Shown: positions 37,673-48,605 of the stretch, piece after piece
Position numbering within the stretch: the first letter of the stretch is position 1
Layout: every line of letters starts with the position of its first letter
Assembly: GCA_947480055.1 (NCBI GenBank)
Contig: CANKBX010000001.1
Span: forward strand, 1-56,604
DNA length: 56,604 nucleotides
Direction of reading: 5' to 3'
DNA from: Planctomycetaceae bacterium
Lineage (GTDB): Bacteria; Planctomycetota; Phycisphaerae; Phycisphaerales; SM1A02
Notes under the pieces: generated by a model
Databases searched by the model: none
What the model was told of the DNA's origin: nothing
The model's input: only the letters and a program-made list of their open reading frames with translations
Position numbers and translations under genes: made by a program

Positions 37673-39319
37673 GTGTATCCAGTCCAACTCGCCAATCGAT
37701 ATCTCACCAGCCGCATCATTCCGCTGATCGCTGTTGCGGCGGTTGCTTTGTGCGTGGCGTTGGTGGTGATTGTTGTAAGTGTGATGAGCGGATTTCTTGA
37801 CATGCTGCGTGCCAGTGGCAGAACGCTCATGGGCGATGTTGTGATCAGCTGTCCCATTCGCGGAATTCCTTGGTACGAGCAACTCATTGACACCATTGAA
37901 AAACTTCCCGAAGCCCAGGCCGCCACGCCGCTGATTGACACCTACGGACTTGTGCGCATGCCGTATCCAGAGGGAAGCGAAAAAGAAGTTGTGACCGCGA
38001 ATGTGTGGGGAATTGAGCCGCAAGGCTTCAACCGCGTCACCGACTTTTCCAAGGCGCTCTATTGGAAACCACCCACGTCTCCTGAAGCTGCCGCGCTCAT
38101 GCTGCCCGATGATCCGCGCTTGAAACTGAACCAAAATATACTGAATGACGGCCTGGATTTAATGAAGAGCGCCACGGGAGAGCCCGGACTTGTGCTGGGC
38201 ATGCACGTCTCCATTGCCAATGAGCGCATGCGTGATGGCAGCTATCGCCCGCGCTATCAATGGTTCATGCCGCGCCAATCCGTCACGCTGACGTTGGTTC
38301 CAATCAGCGCCAAAGGAACAATTGCGGAGCCGCGCGAGCGCGTCTTTCCAGTGGTGAATGAATTTAAAAGTGGCGTGTATCAAATCGACAAGAACCGCGT
38401 GATGATTTCACTTTCCGAGGCGCAGAAATTATTGCGCATGGACGCGGGCACTTTGTACGACATGCAAGCGCCGCCGAACGCTGACGGAAGTTTGCCAGTG
38501 CTGGGAACAAGCCCCGCGAAAGTGCACAAGGTTTTGGTGCGCGCCAAGCCCGGCGTGACTCCAGATCAACTTCAAGCCGCCGTGTCCAGCGCCTATGAAA
38601 AATTCGCGTTCGATATTTCCCAAGATCCATCCAAAGCGGTGAAGGCGCCTCGCGTTGAATCCGTAACCATTCTGACTTGGGAGCAACACCTGCGCGACCT
38701 GATCGCCCCCGTTGAAAAAGAGCGGGAAATGATGCGTATTTTGTTCTCCATTGTGTATCTGGTGTGCGCCGGATTGGTGTTGAGCATCTTCTGGGCCATC
38801 GTGCAGGAGAAGACCCGCGATGTTGGAATTTTGCGCTCCGTGGGCGCAAGTCGGCTGGGCATTTTGTGGATCTTCTTGCAATATGGATTGGTGATCGGCG
38901 CCATTGGCGGACTCTTTGGTGTTGGACTTGGTTGGCTGGTGATTCACAACATTAATTTTATTCACGAGACCATTGGTCAAGACGCGCCCGCGTGGAGTTA
39001 CATCACGAGTTTCTTAATTGCACTGGTGAGTTTGGCCATGTGCGTGCGCGGCGCGATGACCGGGGTTTTATTAAGCACACTTTTGTGGTTGGTGCTTGGC
39101 ATCACGCTTGCAATCGTTGGCGCGGGTTTGATGCTGCACCGCGGCACATTGATTTGGGATCCAAGCGTCTATTACTTTGCAACAATTCCAGACCAAGTGG
39201 ATTGGTTCACCGCCATCAGCACTTGGTTTGGCGCGGTCATTTTCAGCGTGCTTGGCGCCAGCATTCCCGCCGCCAAAGCCGCGGACATTCATCCAGTCAG
39301 GGCGTTGCGCTATGAGTAA
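37673..39319 (+). CDS. LolC/E-like (MacB/FtsX family) ABC permease
   Basis: 'LANRYL', 'VSVMSGF', 'VQEKTRDVGILRSVGA', 'IPAAKAA..HPV.ALRYE'. GTG start at 37673. Confidence 0.88.
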   Translation: MYPVQLANRYLTSRIIPLIAVAAVALCVALVVIVVSVMSGFLDMLRASGRTLMGDVVISCPIRGIPWYEQLIDTIEKLPEAQAATPLIDTYGLVRMPYPEGSEKEVVTANVWGIEPQGFNRVTDFSKALYWKPPTSPEAAALMLPDDPRLKLNQNILNDGLDLMKSATGEPGLVLGMHVSIANERMRDGSYRPRYQWFMPRQSVTLTLVPISAKGTIAEPRERVFPVVNEFKSGVYQIDKNRVMISLSEAQKLLRMDAGTLYDMQAPPNADGSLPVLGTSPAKVHKVLVRAKPGVTPDQLQAAVSSAYEKFAFDISQDPSKAVKAPRVESVTILTWEQHLRDLIAPVEKEREMMRILFSIVYLVCAGLVLSIFWAIVQEKTRDVGILRSVGASRLGILWIFLQYGLVIGAIGGLFGVGLGWLVIHNINFIHETIGQDAPAWSYITSFLIALVSLAMCVRGAMTGVLLSTLLWLVLGITLAIVGAGLMLHRGTLIWDPSVYYFATIPDQVDWFTAISTWFGAVIFSVLGASIPAAKAADIHPVRALRYE

Positions 39320-40007
39320 GTTTCTGCTTGAAGCCAAAAATTTACGCAAGACCTACACGCTTGGACACGTGAAAGTGCCCGTGCTTCGCGGCGCCAGTTT
39401 CACGCTGGCCCAAGGCGAGTGGGTTGCCATACTTGGCTCGTCTGGCAGCGGTAAAAGCACGCTTTTGCACTTGCTTGGTTTGCTTGACGAATGCGACGCG
39501 GATTCCGGCGGCGTGTGGTTTGATGGCGATCCAGTGGCCGACTTGAAGTTTTCCGCGCGCAACTCCTATCGAAATCAAAGCGTGGGATTTGTGTTCCAGT
39601 TTTATCACTTGCTTCCCGAACTTTCTGTCTTGGAGAACGCGCTTTTGCCCAACATGGTCAACGCCGGCATGAGTTGGTGGAGCAAGCGCGCGCAAGCGCA
39701 AAAGCAGGCCACCGAATTGCTCGACGCGTTTGGCTTGTCGCATCGGCTCACGCATCGACCTGCGGAACTTTCTGGTGGCGAGCGCCAACGCGTGGCCATC
39801 GCGCGCGCGCTGGCCAACCAACCACGCGTGCTTCTGGCCGATGAACCAACTGGAAATCTTGACACAAAAACCGGCGGCGAAATTCTTGACTTGATCGCCG
39901 CCAAGCATCGAAATGGATTGTCCATTGCAATGGTCACGCATGATCCAGCCGTTGCCGCGCGCGCCGACCGCGTTGTAAAATTGGTCGATGGCTGCGTGGC
40001 GGGCTAG
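39312..40007 (+). CDS. lolD: LolD-like ABC ATPase
   Basis: Walker A 'GSSGSGKS', 'GFVFQFYHLLPE', 'LSGGERQRVAIARAL', 'ADEPTGNLD'. Confidence 0.88.
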   Translation: MSKFLLEAKNLRKTYTLGHVKVPVLRGASFTLAQGEWVAILGSSGSGKSTLLHLLGLLDECDADSGGVWFDGDPVADLKFSARNSYRNQSVGFVFQFYHLLPELSVLENALLPNMVNAGMSWWSKRAQAQKQATELLDAFGLSHRLTHRPAELSGGERQRVAIARALANQPRVLLADEPTGNLDTKTGGEILDLIAAKHRNGLSIAMVTHDPAVAARADRVVKLVDGCVAG

Positions 40008-40086
40008 CGCGCATTCACTTTGTGCCATGTTTTATTTTTACGCTCTGGCAGAAATTAAAGCGGCTGCTCGCCTGCGCAATTCAAAT

Positions 40087-41529
40087 TTAATCACGCGCTC
40101 GGTAGCGCACCTTCACTGCCTGCGCCAACTGCGCCGCGCTCCAGCCAAAACGCTTTTGCAGGGCTTCTTCCCAAGAAAGACCCGCTTTCACATCCTTCAC
40201 CCACTCTCCAAACCCTTGGCGATTTGTCTGCACCAAATAATCCACGGTGAGATAGCCAATCGCATATCCAATGGCGTCGGGACCGGGCCATGAACCATCC
40301 TCGTAATTCATTCGAAGCACATTCTGAACATCGTTGGTTCCACTTCGAATCCATTGCAACCCTTGTGGTTTGCGATCGCCTTTGGTGGTTGAATTTGGAA
40401 AACTTTCCGCGGCCACATATTCCGCGTAGCCCTCATCGGCCCACGAAGGAAGTCGCGAAGGCGAACCATATCGATGCATGAATCCATGCGACGCCTCATG
40501 CACCAAAGTTGCCATGAATCGATTCGCGTCGTCACTTTTATACGCGGTCACCACAACTTTAGGGCCGACCATGTGGCACAAACCAATCGCGCCAGGCGGC
40601 GGCATTGAATTGAAGGCCGCCATTTCTATGGCGCGGTAATGCGGCTCGGTGGCCGAAATAATCACCACCGCCTTGCCGTGAAAAATATTCAACCCCTCTG
40701 GAAGCGCGAACATTTGCGCGACAGTTTGATACATGTCGTCCATGCGACGCGCCAAATCTTTCGTCTCGTCAATTGGCAAATCAGCGTACACAACCCAGTA
40801 CTTCGCCTCCACCACTGAATAGCGCAAATTGACTTGCTTTAACCAGAGATCAGCGTCGGCCTTCATGTCTGTCAAGGCTTCCGCGCGTTGCGCATCGGTG
40901 GCCACGCTCCAAGGCTGCGCGCGGGGTGCGTCGGTGGCCACGCTTCCAGGCTGCGCGTGGGGCGCGTCGGGGACCACGCCTCCAGGCTGTGCGCGGGGCG
41001 CGTCGGGGACCACGCTCCCAGGCTGTGCGCGGGGCGCTGGATCTTTTTTCACGGCCGCGTCGGCGCCAACTACCTTGGCTTGAAAATCTTTTTCGGCGGC
41101 GATGCGCCGATCTTCAATAATCTTGCGGCGATGTTCGGCAACCTCCGCGCGCAATTTTTGAATTTCAGGATCAAGTTTTTGATCGCGCTTCATCGCGTCG
41201 CGCAGCGCGGCCTCGGCGAGTTTGTCGCCACCGTCCAATGCGAACAACATGCGCGCCAATTGGATGTACTGCGAGCCTTCCCTCCAATCCATCAACTTTT
41301 TGCACATGCGATTGGCATCGTCGGGTTTGAAACTTGTCCACGCCGCGTGCCCGAATGATCCATCCACCCCGGCGAAATCCCACTTGGAAATTGTGCCTTT
41401 GAGAGTCTCCCCCGTGATCAATTTCACCTTCCACGGAAGTGGTGGTTCCACCACGCCTTGGGCATGCGCCGAAGTCCATGAAATTGCGGCAAATGCCAAC
41501 AAAATTAAGAATTGTGCGAATCTGCTCAT
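40087..41529 (-). CDS. Exported protein with a gluzincin-like (MA clan) metallopeptidase domain
   Basis: Signal peptide; 'LVHEASH' (HEXXH) plus 'PSWADEGYAEYV'. Confidence 0.7.
   Translation of the reverse strand: MSRFAQFLILLAFAAISWTSAHAQGVVEPPLPWKVKLITGETLKGTISKWDFAGVDGSFGHAAWTSFKPDDANRMCKKLMDWREGSQYIQLARMLFALDGGDKLAEAALRDAMKRDQKLDPEIQKLRAEVAEHRRKIIEDRRIAAEKDFQAKVVGADAAVKKDPAPRAQPGSVVPDAPRAQPGGVVPDAPHAQPGSVATDAPRAQPWSVATDAQRAEALTDMKADADLWLKQVNLRYSVVEAKYWVVYADLPIDETKDLARRMDDMYQTVAQMFALPEGLNIFHGKAVVIISATEPHYRAIEMAAFNSMPPPGAIGLCHMVGPKVVVTAYKSDDANRFMATLVHEASHGFMHRYGSPSRLPSWADEGYAEYVAAESFPNSTTKGDRKPQGLQWIRSGTNDVQNVLRMNYEDGSWPGPDAIGYAIGYLTVDYLVQTNRQGFGEWVKDVKAGLSWEEALQKRFGWSAAQLAQAVKVRYRARD
40884..41040 (-). 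repeat. Coding tandem repeat, 36-bp unit, ~4 copies
   Basis: APRAQPGSVVPD / APRAQPGGVVPD / APHAQPGSVATD / APRAQPWSVATD. Confidence 0.9.
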
Positions 41530-41608
41530 CCACCACCAAAGTACTCGGCTACCATCACCGATGGAAGGTCAATTCCGCTTTTCTATAGACCATTTTTAGG
41601 AGACTTCG

Positions 41609-44137
41609 ATGTTTGAACGTTTGACGGATCGTGCTCGCAAAGTGATGGCTCTCGCAAATCAAGAGGCCCAGCGCTTCAACCATGAATACATCGGCACTGA
41701 ACACATTCTTCTTGGCCTTGTCAAAGAAGGTTCGGGTGTTGGCGCCAATGTGTTAAAAAATCTTGGCATTGATCTGCGCAAGGTTCGCCTTGAAGTTGAG
41801 AAGTTGGTCAAGAGTGGTCCCGAGATGGTGACCATGGGCAAGCTTCCGCAAACTCCGCGCGCCAAGAAAGTGATCGAGTACGCGATTGAGGAAGCGCGCA
41901 ATCTGAACCATAATTATGTCGGCACGGAGCATCTGCTGCTTGGTCTGCTGCGCGAACAAGATGGCGTGGCCGCGCAAGTGCTGTTGAACCTTGGCATGAA
42001 ACTGGAGGAAGTCCGCGAAGAAGTGCTGAATTTGCTTGGGGCAGGCGGCGAGAGCGAGCAGGAAAATCCACAACAAGCCGAGGCCGCTGCGGAACCTGGT
42101 TCCGGTGACGCGCCCGCGGCGACTGGTCGCCGTGGCAAGAGCAAGACTCCCGCTTTGGATTCATTCGGCCGCGATCTCACCGAGCTCGCGCGCGCTGGCG
42201 AACTTGATCCGGTCATCGGCCGCTTCAGTGAAATTGAAAGATTGGTTCAAGTATTGTGCCGACGCACCAAGAACAATCCCGTTCTTCTTGGAGAAGCTGG
42301 CGTTGGCAAGACCGCGATTGTTGAAGGTCTTGCGCAACAAATTATTTCACAAGAAGTTCCAGATCTTTTGCATGACAAGCGCCTTGTTGTGCTTGACTTG
42401 GCGATGATGGTGGCTGGAACCAAGTACCGCGGCCAATTTGAGGAGCGCATCAAGGCCGTCATGAACGAAGTGCGACGCGCCAAGAACATTATTTTGTTCA
42501 TTGACGAGTTGCACACGCTTGTTGGAGCGGGCGGCGCCGAGGGCGCCATCGACGCCAGCAATGTGCTGAAGCCCGCGCTTTCTCGCGGCGAAATCCAGTG
42601 CATTGGCGCGACCACATTCGATGAATATCGCAAATACATCGAGAAAGACGCGGCTTTGGAGCGCCGCTTCCAGTCGATCGCCGTGGAGCCGCCAGGACCG
42701 GAACAGGCCTACGAAATTCTCAAGGGCTTGCAGGAAAAATACGCCACGCATCACCGCGTGGTCTACACCGATCAAGCCCTGCGCGCCGCCGTTGAATTGT
42801 CGGGCCGCTACATTCCTGGCCGCGTTCAACCAGACAAAAGCATCGACGTTATTGACGAAGCCGGCGCGCGTCTGCGCTTGAAGACCATGGCCAAGCCGCC
42901 TGATCTTGCGGATCTAGAAACTCGCATCGAGCGCTTGAGCATTGATAAGGATGACGCCGTAAAGAACGCGGACTATGAAAAAGCCGCGGACTTGCGTGAT
43001 CAAGCCGAGAAACTTCGCAAGGAAAAAGAGAAGTTGCAACAAGGCTGGCGCGATCGCATGAACGAGACCACGGGAACCGTGGACGAGGAAATGATCGCGG
43101 AAGTTGTGAGCAAGATGACGGGTGTTCCATTGACGCGTTTGGCCAAGGAAGAAAGCAAGCGATTGCTTCAACTGGAGTCTGAGCTTCACAAGACCGTCGT
43201 TGGTCAAGAGGAAGCCGTCAAGACCGTGGCCCGCGCCATTCGCAAGAGTCGCTCTGGTTTGAAAGATCCAAAGCGCCCAATGGGTTCGTTCTTGTTTCTT
43301 GGTCCAACCGGCGTTGGAAAAACGTTGTTGGCCAAAGCCATCGCCGACTTTATGTTTGGCGATCAAGACGCGCTGTACACCTTGGATATGAGCGAATACA
43401 TGGAGAAACACAACGTTTCTCGCTTGATTGGCGCGCCTCCAGGCTATGTGGGCTTTGAAGAAGGCGGTCAACTTACGGAGCGCATTCGCCGCCGTCCATA
43501 CGCGGTTGTGTTGCTTGACGAAGTTGAGAAGGCGCATCCCGATGTGTTCAACATGCTTCTGCAAATCATGGAGGAAGGCCGCCTCACGGATTCATTCGGT
43601 CGCCATGTTGACTTCCGCAATTGCATCATCATCATGACCAGCAATCTGGGCGCCGATGTGATCAAGGGTGGTTCCGCGTTTGGTTTCACCAAGCGCGCCG
43701 AAGTGCAGGACTATGAGAAGATGAAGAAGTCGCTCTCCAGCGAAGTGGAGCGCTTCTTCCGACCCGAGTTTGTGAATCGTTTGGATGACATGATCGTGTT
43801 CCGTCCGCTCATCAAGGACGACTTGAATCAAATTATTGAGTTTGAGTTGAGCAAGTTGCGCAAGCGTCTCACCGAAAAGGGAATGGCTCTTGAGATTGAT
43901 CAGAAGGCCAAGGACTTCTTGATTGACAAGGGCTACAACCCAGACTTTGGCGCGCGTCCATTGCGTCGATCTTTGTCGCAATTTGTTGAGGATCCGCTCG
44001 CGGAGAATCTGCTCAGCGGAGAGTTCGCCGCAGGCGATGTGATTTTTGTCACCCGTGAGGGCGAGAAGGAGCACTTGGCATTCAGGGCGCAAAAGCCAGC
44101 GGAAGTTCCGCCACCGGCCACGCCAACCGCCGCGTAA
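41609..44137 (+). CDS. clpC: ATP-dependent Clp protease ATPase ClpC
   Basis: Two Clp-N repeats; 'GEAGVGKT' and 'GPTGVGKT' Walker A motifs; UVR coiled coil; 'FGF' ClpP-docking loop. Confidence 0.95.
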   Translation: MFERLTDRARKVMALANQEAQRFNHEYIGTEHILLGLVKEGSGVGANVLKNLGIDLRKVRLEVEKLVKSGPEMVTMGKLPQTPRAKKVIEYAIEEARNLNHNYVGTEHLLLGLLREQDGVAAQVLLNLGMKLEEVREEVLNLLGAGGESEQENPQQAEAAAEPGSGDAPAATGRRGKSKTPALDSFGRDLTELARAGELDPVIGRFSEIERLVQVLCRRTKNNPVLLGEAGVGKTAIVEGLAQQIISQEVPDLLHDKRLVVLDLAMMVAGTKYRGQFEERIKAVMNEVRRAKNIILFIDELHTLVGAGGAEGAIDASNVLKPALSRGEIQCIGATTFDEYRKYIEKDAALERRFQSIAVEPPGPEQAYEILKGLQEKYATHHRVVYTDQALRAAVELSGRYIPGRVQPDKSIDVIDEAGARLRLKTMAKPPDLADLETRIERLSIDKDDAVKNADYEKAADLRDQAEKLRKEKEKLQQGWRDRMNETTGTVDEEMIAEVVSKMTGVPLTRLAKEESKRLLQLESELHKTVVGQEEAVKTVARAIRKSRSGLKDPKRPMGSFLFLGPTGVGKTLLAKAIADFMFGDQDALYTLDMSEYMEKHNVSRLIGAPPGYVGFEEGGQLTERIRRRPYAVVLLDEVEKAHPDVFNMLLQIMEEGRLTDSFGRHVDFRNCIIIMTSNLGADVIKGGSAFGFTKRAEVQDYEKMKKSLSSEVERFFRPEFVNRLDDMIVFRPLIKDDLNQIIEFELSKLRKRLTEKGMALEIDQKAKDFLIDKGYNPDFGARPLRRSLSQFVEDPLAENLLSGEFAAGDVIFVTREGEKEHLAFRAQKPAEVPPPATPTAA

Positions 44138-44161
44138 ATCACTGTATTTCCTGCCATTTTC

Positions 44162-44197
44162 AACCGCGCTTCCTTCAAACGAAGCGCGGTTTTTCTT
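44162..44197 (+). terminator. Intrinsic terminator after clpC
   Basis: 11-bp stem aaccgcgcttc / gaagcgcggtt followed by tttcttt. Confidence 0.85.
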
Positions 44198-44851
44198 TCA
44201 GCGAATGCCCACGAGTTTCATGCCTGTCGGAGTGGATTCAAAATCAATCACGGTGAATTTGTAACTTCTTCGAAGCGTGGAATCAAGCTCGGCGGTCATG
44301 TGCGAGTCGTCTGTTTTTTGCAGCGCGACATGTCCATTTTTTAAATTGATCCGCATGCAATTCAGCGTCGCCATAACCTCCTTGCGATTGTTTGTGAAAA
44401 ATGTTTTGAAATATTTAATTCCCCCGCGGCTTTCAAGATCCCTCTTGGCGCCCGTGGAGAGCAATTGATTCCAAATCAAGTCATACTCCTCGTTTCGCAC
44501 GCACTCCGTGAGATGATCCACGACTTGCTCAGGAAATGTCGCGCGCAAAATCACCTCCCCGCTGGCTTTCTTCTCGCGCAAATCCACGGGTGGTTTTTCT
44601 AGATCGGGCGTGGAAGATCCGTCGGTGCCACTGGACGTATGTTCATTGATCTTCTCACGTCGCTTGGACGAATAGACAACTTTGGTGCCATCGGCCTTCA
44701 CAAATGTTTCGTCCACGGGTCGACCGATCGCGTCCGCCTCGGCCTGTGAGCGATAGTGGTACTCGGTTCTTTCCTCGGCGCACCCAAACAGAAATACAGC
44801 GACGCTCGAGTTGATAAAAATCAATAAAAACAAGCCAAATTTCATGTTCAT
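44198..44851 (-). CDS. Hypothetical lipoprotein
   Basis: ATGA overlap with the nadB stop; lipobox-like 'LFGC'. Confidence 0.7.
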   Translation of the reverse strand: MNMKFGLFLLIFINSSVAVFLFGCAEERTEYHYRSQAEADAIGRPVDETFVKADGTKVVYSSKRREKINEHTSSGTDGSSTPDLEKPPVDLREKKASGEVILRATFPEQVVDHLTECVRNEEYDLIWNQLLSTGAKRDLESRGGIKYFKTFFTNNRKEVMATLNCMRINLKNGHVALQKTDDSHMTAELDSTLRRSYKFTVIDFESTPTGMKLVGIR

Positions 44852-46518
44852 ACTTCGCTGGACAGGGTCGGCGCAAATGCTCCGCGCGCCTTCCAATCAA
44901 AGTCCTCACGGTTGATGTTCCACATGAAATGACCCTCAAGTTCGGGATCGATCAATGGTCGATCAAGCCGCGTATGCGTTCCGCGGCTTTCGTTGCGCGA
45001 CAACGCCGCAAGCACCATCAAGCGCGCGCTGGTGAGCATGTTCTGAGTTTCCCATCCCATTGGATCCTCAAAGACGCAATCAAACGCGTAGCGACCCCAG
45101 AAGGAAAACATTTCAAGCATGTCGCTTAATTTAGCGGAGCTTCTTTCAATGCCAACATTGCGCCACATGGCGCTGCGCAAACTACTGCGCACATCGGCCA
45201 AGTCCAACTCGCCGCGCTCGGGCCGCTCCACTTCATGATTCAAGGGCACGGGCGTGGCTGCGGGAAGCGAATCAATTTCAATCGCTTGCGCCACGCGCCG
45301 ACCAAACACCAAGCCCTCCAACAAACTATTGCTGGCCAATCGATTGGCGCCATGAACGCCCGTGGCCGCGCATTCACCACACGCGTACAACCCGGTGATA
45401 TTCGAGCGTCCAAACAAATCGGTGTGCACGCCGCCAATCGAATAATGCGCGGCTGGATGAACCGGAATTAAATTTCGACCCGCGTCCAGGCCAAATCCCT
45501 GCAACATGCGCGAAAGCCCTGGAAAACGCTTGGAAAACCCAGCAGAGCCCATGGTCCGAGCGTCCAGCCACACATGGGATTCCCCGCTCTTGGCCAAATG
45601 CCGCACGATGGCGCGGCTGACCACGTCGCGCGGCGCAAGATCCGCGAGCTCATGCAAATGACGCATGATCGACTCGCCATCGCGATCCACCAGTTTCGCT
45701 CCCTCGCCGCGCACAGCTTCGCTGATCAAGTGCCGCGGCGCGCCCGCGACATACAGCGTGGTGGGATGAAATTGCATGAACTCCAAATCAGTCAGGTTGG
45801 CGCCCGCGCGCCACGCCATGGATACTCCATCACCCGTGGCAACTTTTGGATTGCTGGTTTCGCGGAAAATTTGTCCGCAGCCACCGCTGGCCAACACCGT
45901 GGCCTTAGCCCAAATAATTTGTAAGCCATGCTTGGGATGCCATGTCAACACGCCCGCCGCGCGGCGCGCGCCTTTGCGTTGATCCACCAAAATATCAATG
46001 GCGAAACATCGATCAAACATGCGCACTCGCCGCTGCAGGCGAACTTTCTCCACAAGACATCTCGCCAGTTCAACACCCGTCGCGTCGCCATCGCTATGAA
46101 TAATTCTGTGGCAATGATGTCCACCTTCAAGGCCAAGCGCGGGCTCGCCACTTTGATCGCGGTCCACTCGCATTCCCCAAGCTAGAAGTTGCCGAATTTC
46201 ATCCGGGCCCTCTTGCACCAATGCGCGCACCGCGTCGAGTTCGCACAAGCCAACGCCAGCCTCAAGAGTGTCTTGAATATGGGCGTTTACGCTATCTTTT
46301 GCATTTATCACGGCGGCAATTCCGCCTTGGGCCCACGAAGTGTTTGAAAGATCAATCGACTCCTTGGCCAACACGATCACATCGTGGCGTTGCGAAGCTT
46401 CGATGGCGGCGCGCAATCCAGCCACGCCAGTGCCCACGATCACAACGTCGGTAAAAATTTGCGGCAGTAACGCCGAGCGAAATGGAATCAACATTTCTCG
46501 TTCGTGATACGAATTCAT
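44848..46518 (-). CDS. nadB: L-aspartate oxidase
   Basis: 'VGTGVAGL', 'WAQGGIA', 'EGGH...RI.H..GDATG', 'QFHPT', 'SEAVRGEG', 'HGANRLASNSLLE'. Confidence 0.95.
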   Translation of the reverse strand: MNSYHEREMLIPFRSALLPQIFTDVVIVGTGVAGLRAAIEASQRHDVIVLAKESIDLSNTSWAQGGIAAVINAKDSVNAHIQDTLEAGVGLCELDAVRALVQEGPDEIRQLLAWGMRVDRDQSGEPALGLEGGHHCHRIIHSDGDATGVELARCLVEKVRLQRRVRMFDRCFAIDILVDQRKGARRAAGVLTWHPKHGLQIIWAKATVLASGGCGQIFRETSNPKVATGDGVSMAWRAGANLTDLEFMQFHPTTLYVAGAPRHLISEAVRGEGAKLVDRDGESIMRHLHELADLAPRDVVSRAIVRHLAKSGESHVWLDARTMGSAGFSKRFPGLSRMLQGFGLDAGRNLIPVHPAAHYSIGGVHTDLFGRSNITGLYACGECAATGVHGANRLASNSLLEGLVFGRRVAQAIEIDSLPAATPVPLNHEVERPERGELDLADVRSSLRSAMWRNVGIERSSAKLSDMLEMFSFWGRYAFDCVFEDPMGWETQNMLTSARLMVLAALSRNESRGTHTRLDRPLIDPELEGHFMWNINREDFDWKARGAFAPTLSSEV

Positions 46519-47861
46519 TTGGGTTGAACCACTGGAGTTGTCTCGGAATGTGTTGGGCTTGCCGAGACCGGCGCGGTTGCGGCCGGCGTCGCGGTGGGTT
46601 CGACCACAGGGGCAACAAGTTCCCCGGAAAGTAAATCATTCTGCGACATCTGCGCCAACCACAGTTGGCTGGAGCGGCCGGCGCCTCGTTGGCTTGTCCA
46701 CATCAATAATTTTCCATCGTGACTGATCGCAGGCAAAAGATCCGCGCCCCCCGCATGCGTCACGCGCCTTGGTTGACCAAGCGGCGCCGCGCGATCGGCG
46801 GGAACAGGCACGGCCAGAAGTTCATAATTGTCGTGACCCACGCGGCTTGATGCGTAAACAATCACCTTGCCATTGGGCGAAAAATACGGCGCCCAATTCA
46901 CAGCTCCATCATTGGTCACGGCGATGGGTTCGCCAATTCCAACGACCGCGCCCGTGGAATCAAACACAACGTCCGCGACGAAAATTTGCAGCAAATTGTC
47001 GGCATTTCTGTCGGCTCGCCAAACAATCTTCTTGCCATCGGGGCTGAAAAATCCGCCGCCGTCATAGCCCGCGAACGCGGTGAGCCGCGTGATTTTTTTT
47101 GTGGGAAGATCCATGGCGTACAAATCGCCGTCGCCGCTTTCAAGGGTTGTGTAAAGCAACGTTCGTCCATCGGGACTTGTGGAACATTCGGCGGCGTACG
47201 CCTTGCCATCACCCACAAGCGTCTTCAAACTTTCGGCGTTGATCTCCTGCGCGCTCAAATCCACTTCAACCACGCGCATCTCTGGCGGAAAACTCCAACG
47301 ATAATTTCTGGTGCCCCGTTGATATCCCGGCGTCTCTTGCTTGGCGGGCGCGGTGATTGTGCTGGCAAAGATCAACTTATTGGGATCGGTGGGATGAAAC
47401 CAACCGCAAGTATTCGCGCTACCAATTGGGCTGATGCGTCGGATGTGCTTCAAGCGATATCGGCGCAGGTCGGGTCCGAAAGATTGCCCTTTTCCCTCGT
47501 CGCGCAACTGCGCCACATACATGCTGTAATACTCGCTCTCAGGATTGCCCTGCGCGTCATGTTCAATGGCTTGAAATACAATTTGCGTGGCGTCTGAATT
47601 AAAATAAGCCTCGCCCGCTTTCACAAATCGCTCGGAAAGAGTGAGTTGCATTTGATGCGACAACACACCCTCGAACTTGCGCCAATCCGATGAATCTTTT
47701 TGGGGGCTTTTCGCCTCGTTGTTGAAACCCCGCGTGATAGGCGCCGCCGTTTCAGGCTTTACACCGCTTGCCGCGGAAGTTTGCCCCAAGGCGCACATGA
47801 AGATAATGATCAATGTCATAATCAACAAGTGTACGCCTTGCCACTTCTGCTTTCTGCTCAA
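46515..47861 (-). CDS. TolB-like PD40 beta-propeller protein
   Basis: 'KAGEAYF', 'NTCGWFHP', 'YAAECS.SPDG', 'YDGGGFFSPDG', 'NWAPYF'. Exact start uncertain. Confidence 0.82.
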   Translation of the reverse strand: MSRKQKWQGVHLLIMTLIIIFMCALGQTSAASGVKPETAAPITRGFNNEAKSPQKDSSDWRKFEGVLSHQMQLTLSERFVKAGEAYFNSDATQIVFQAIEHDAQGNPESEYYSMYVAQLRDEGKGQSFGPDLRRYRLKHIRRISPIGSANTCGWFHPTDPNKLIFASTITAPAKQETPGYQRGTRNYRWSFPPEMRVVEVDLSAQEINAESLKTLVGDGKAYAAECSTSPDGRTLLYTTLESGDGDLYAMDLPTKKITRLTAFAGYDGGGFFSPDGKKIVWRADRNADNLLQIFVADVVFDSTGAVVGIGEPIAVTNDGAVNWAPYFSPNGKVIVYASSRVGHDNYELLAVPVPADRAAPLGQPRRVTHAGGADLLPAISHDGKLLMWTSQRGAGRSSQLWLAQMSQNDLLSGELVAPVVEPTATPAATAPVSASPTHSETTPVVQPK

Positions 47862-47911
47862 GTTTCATTTCCACAACGCGAGCAATTTCACCGCATCTTT
47901 TTCCCTGAATC

Positions 47912-48583
47912 ATGAGCGAGCCCAACATGACTCAAGACGGATTTCGTGTGATTCACGCCCAACACGATTTTGTCGTGCTTGAAAAAGCGTCGGGATTGCT
48001 TTCGGTGCCTGGCATTGGCGCGCACAACGCGGATTGCTTGGCAACTCGCGTCGCGCTTGTATTTCCTGGCGCGCGAAACGTGCATCGCCTTGATCAACAC
48101 ACCAGTGGGTTGATCGTGATGGCGCTCAACACCGAAAGTCACCGCGCGCTCAGCATGTTGTTTGAGGCGCGACTCGTGACAAAGGCTTATCACGCCATCG
48201 CATTTGGACACCCCGCGCAAGACTCCGGCGAAATCAACTTGCCGCTGCGTAAAGAAGCCCTAGGTAGCGCGCGCCAAATTGTGTGCCACGCGCAAGGCAA
48301 GGCAAGCGTGACACGATGGAAAGTTGAAGCATTGCTTGATCATGTTCCGGCTTTCGTGGCCACTTCGCGCGAAACTTGTCGCTGCACGCGATTTCGCTTG
48401 GAGCCAATGACAGGCCGCAGCCATCAATTGCGCGTGCATTTGTTGGCGCTTGGCCAGCCAATTCTTGGCGATGATTTGTATGCGCCAGACGAGGTGAAAA
48501 AAATGGCGACACGCTTGTGCTTGCACGCAAGCGAATTATCCTGGGACAACTACGCGTTCACCGCGGCGCACCCATTTCATTGA
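47912..48583 (+). CDS. rluA: RluA family pseudouridine synthase
   Basis: 'K.SGLLSVPG', 'HRLD..TSG', 'TGRSHQLRVHL..LG.PILGD'. Confidence 0.88.
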   Translation: MSEPNMTQDGFRVIHAQHDFVVLEKASGLLSVPGIGAHNADCLATRVALVFPGARNVHRLDQHTSGLIVMALNTESHRALSMLFEARLVTKAYHAIAFGHPAQDSGEINLPLRKEALGSARQIVCHAQGKASVTRWKVEALLDHVPAFVATSRETCRCTRFRLEPMTGRSHQLRVHLLALGQPILGDDLYAPDEVKKMATRLCLHASELSWDNYAFTAAHPFH

Positions 48584-48605
48584 TATTCATTGATGCAGCG
48601 CAACA

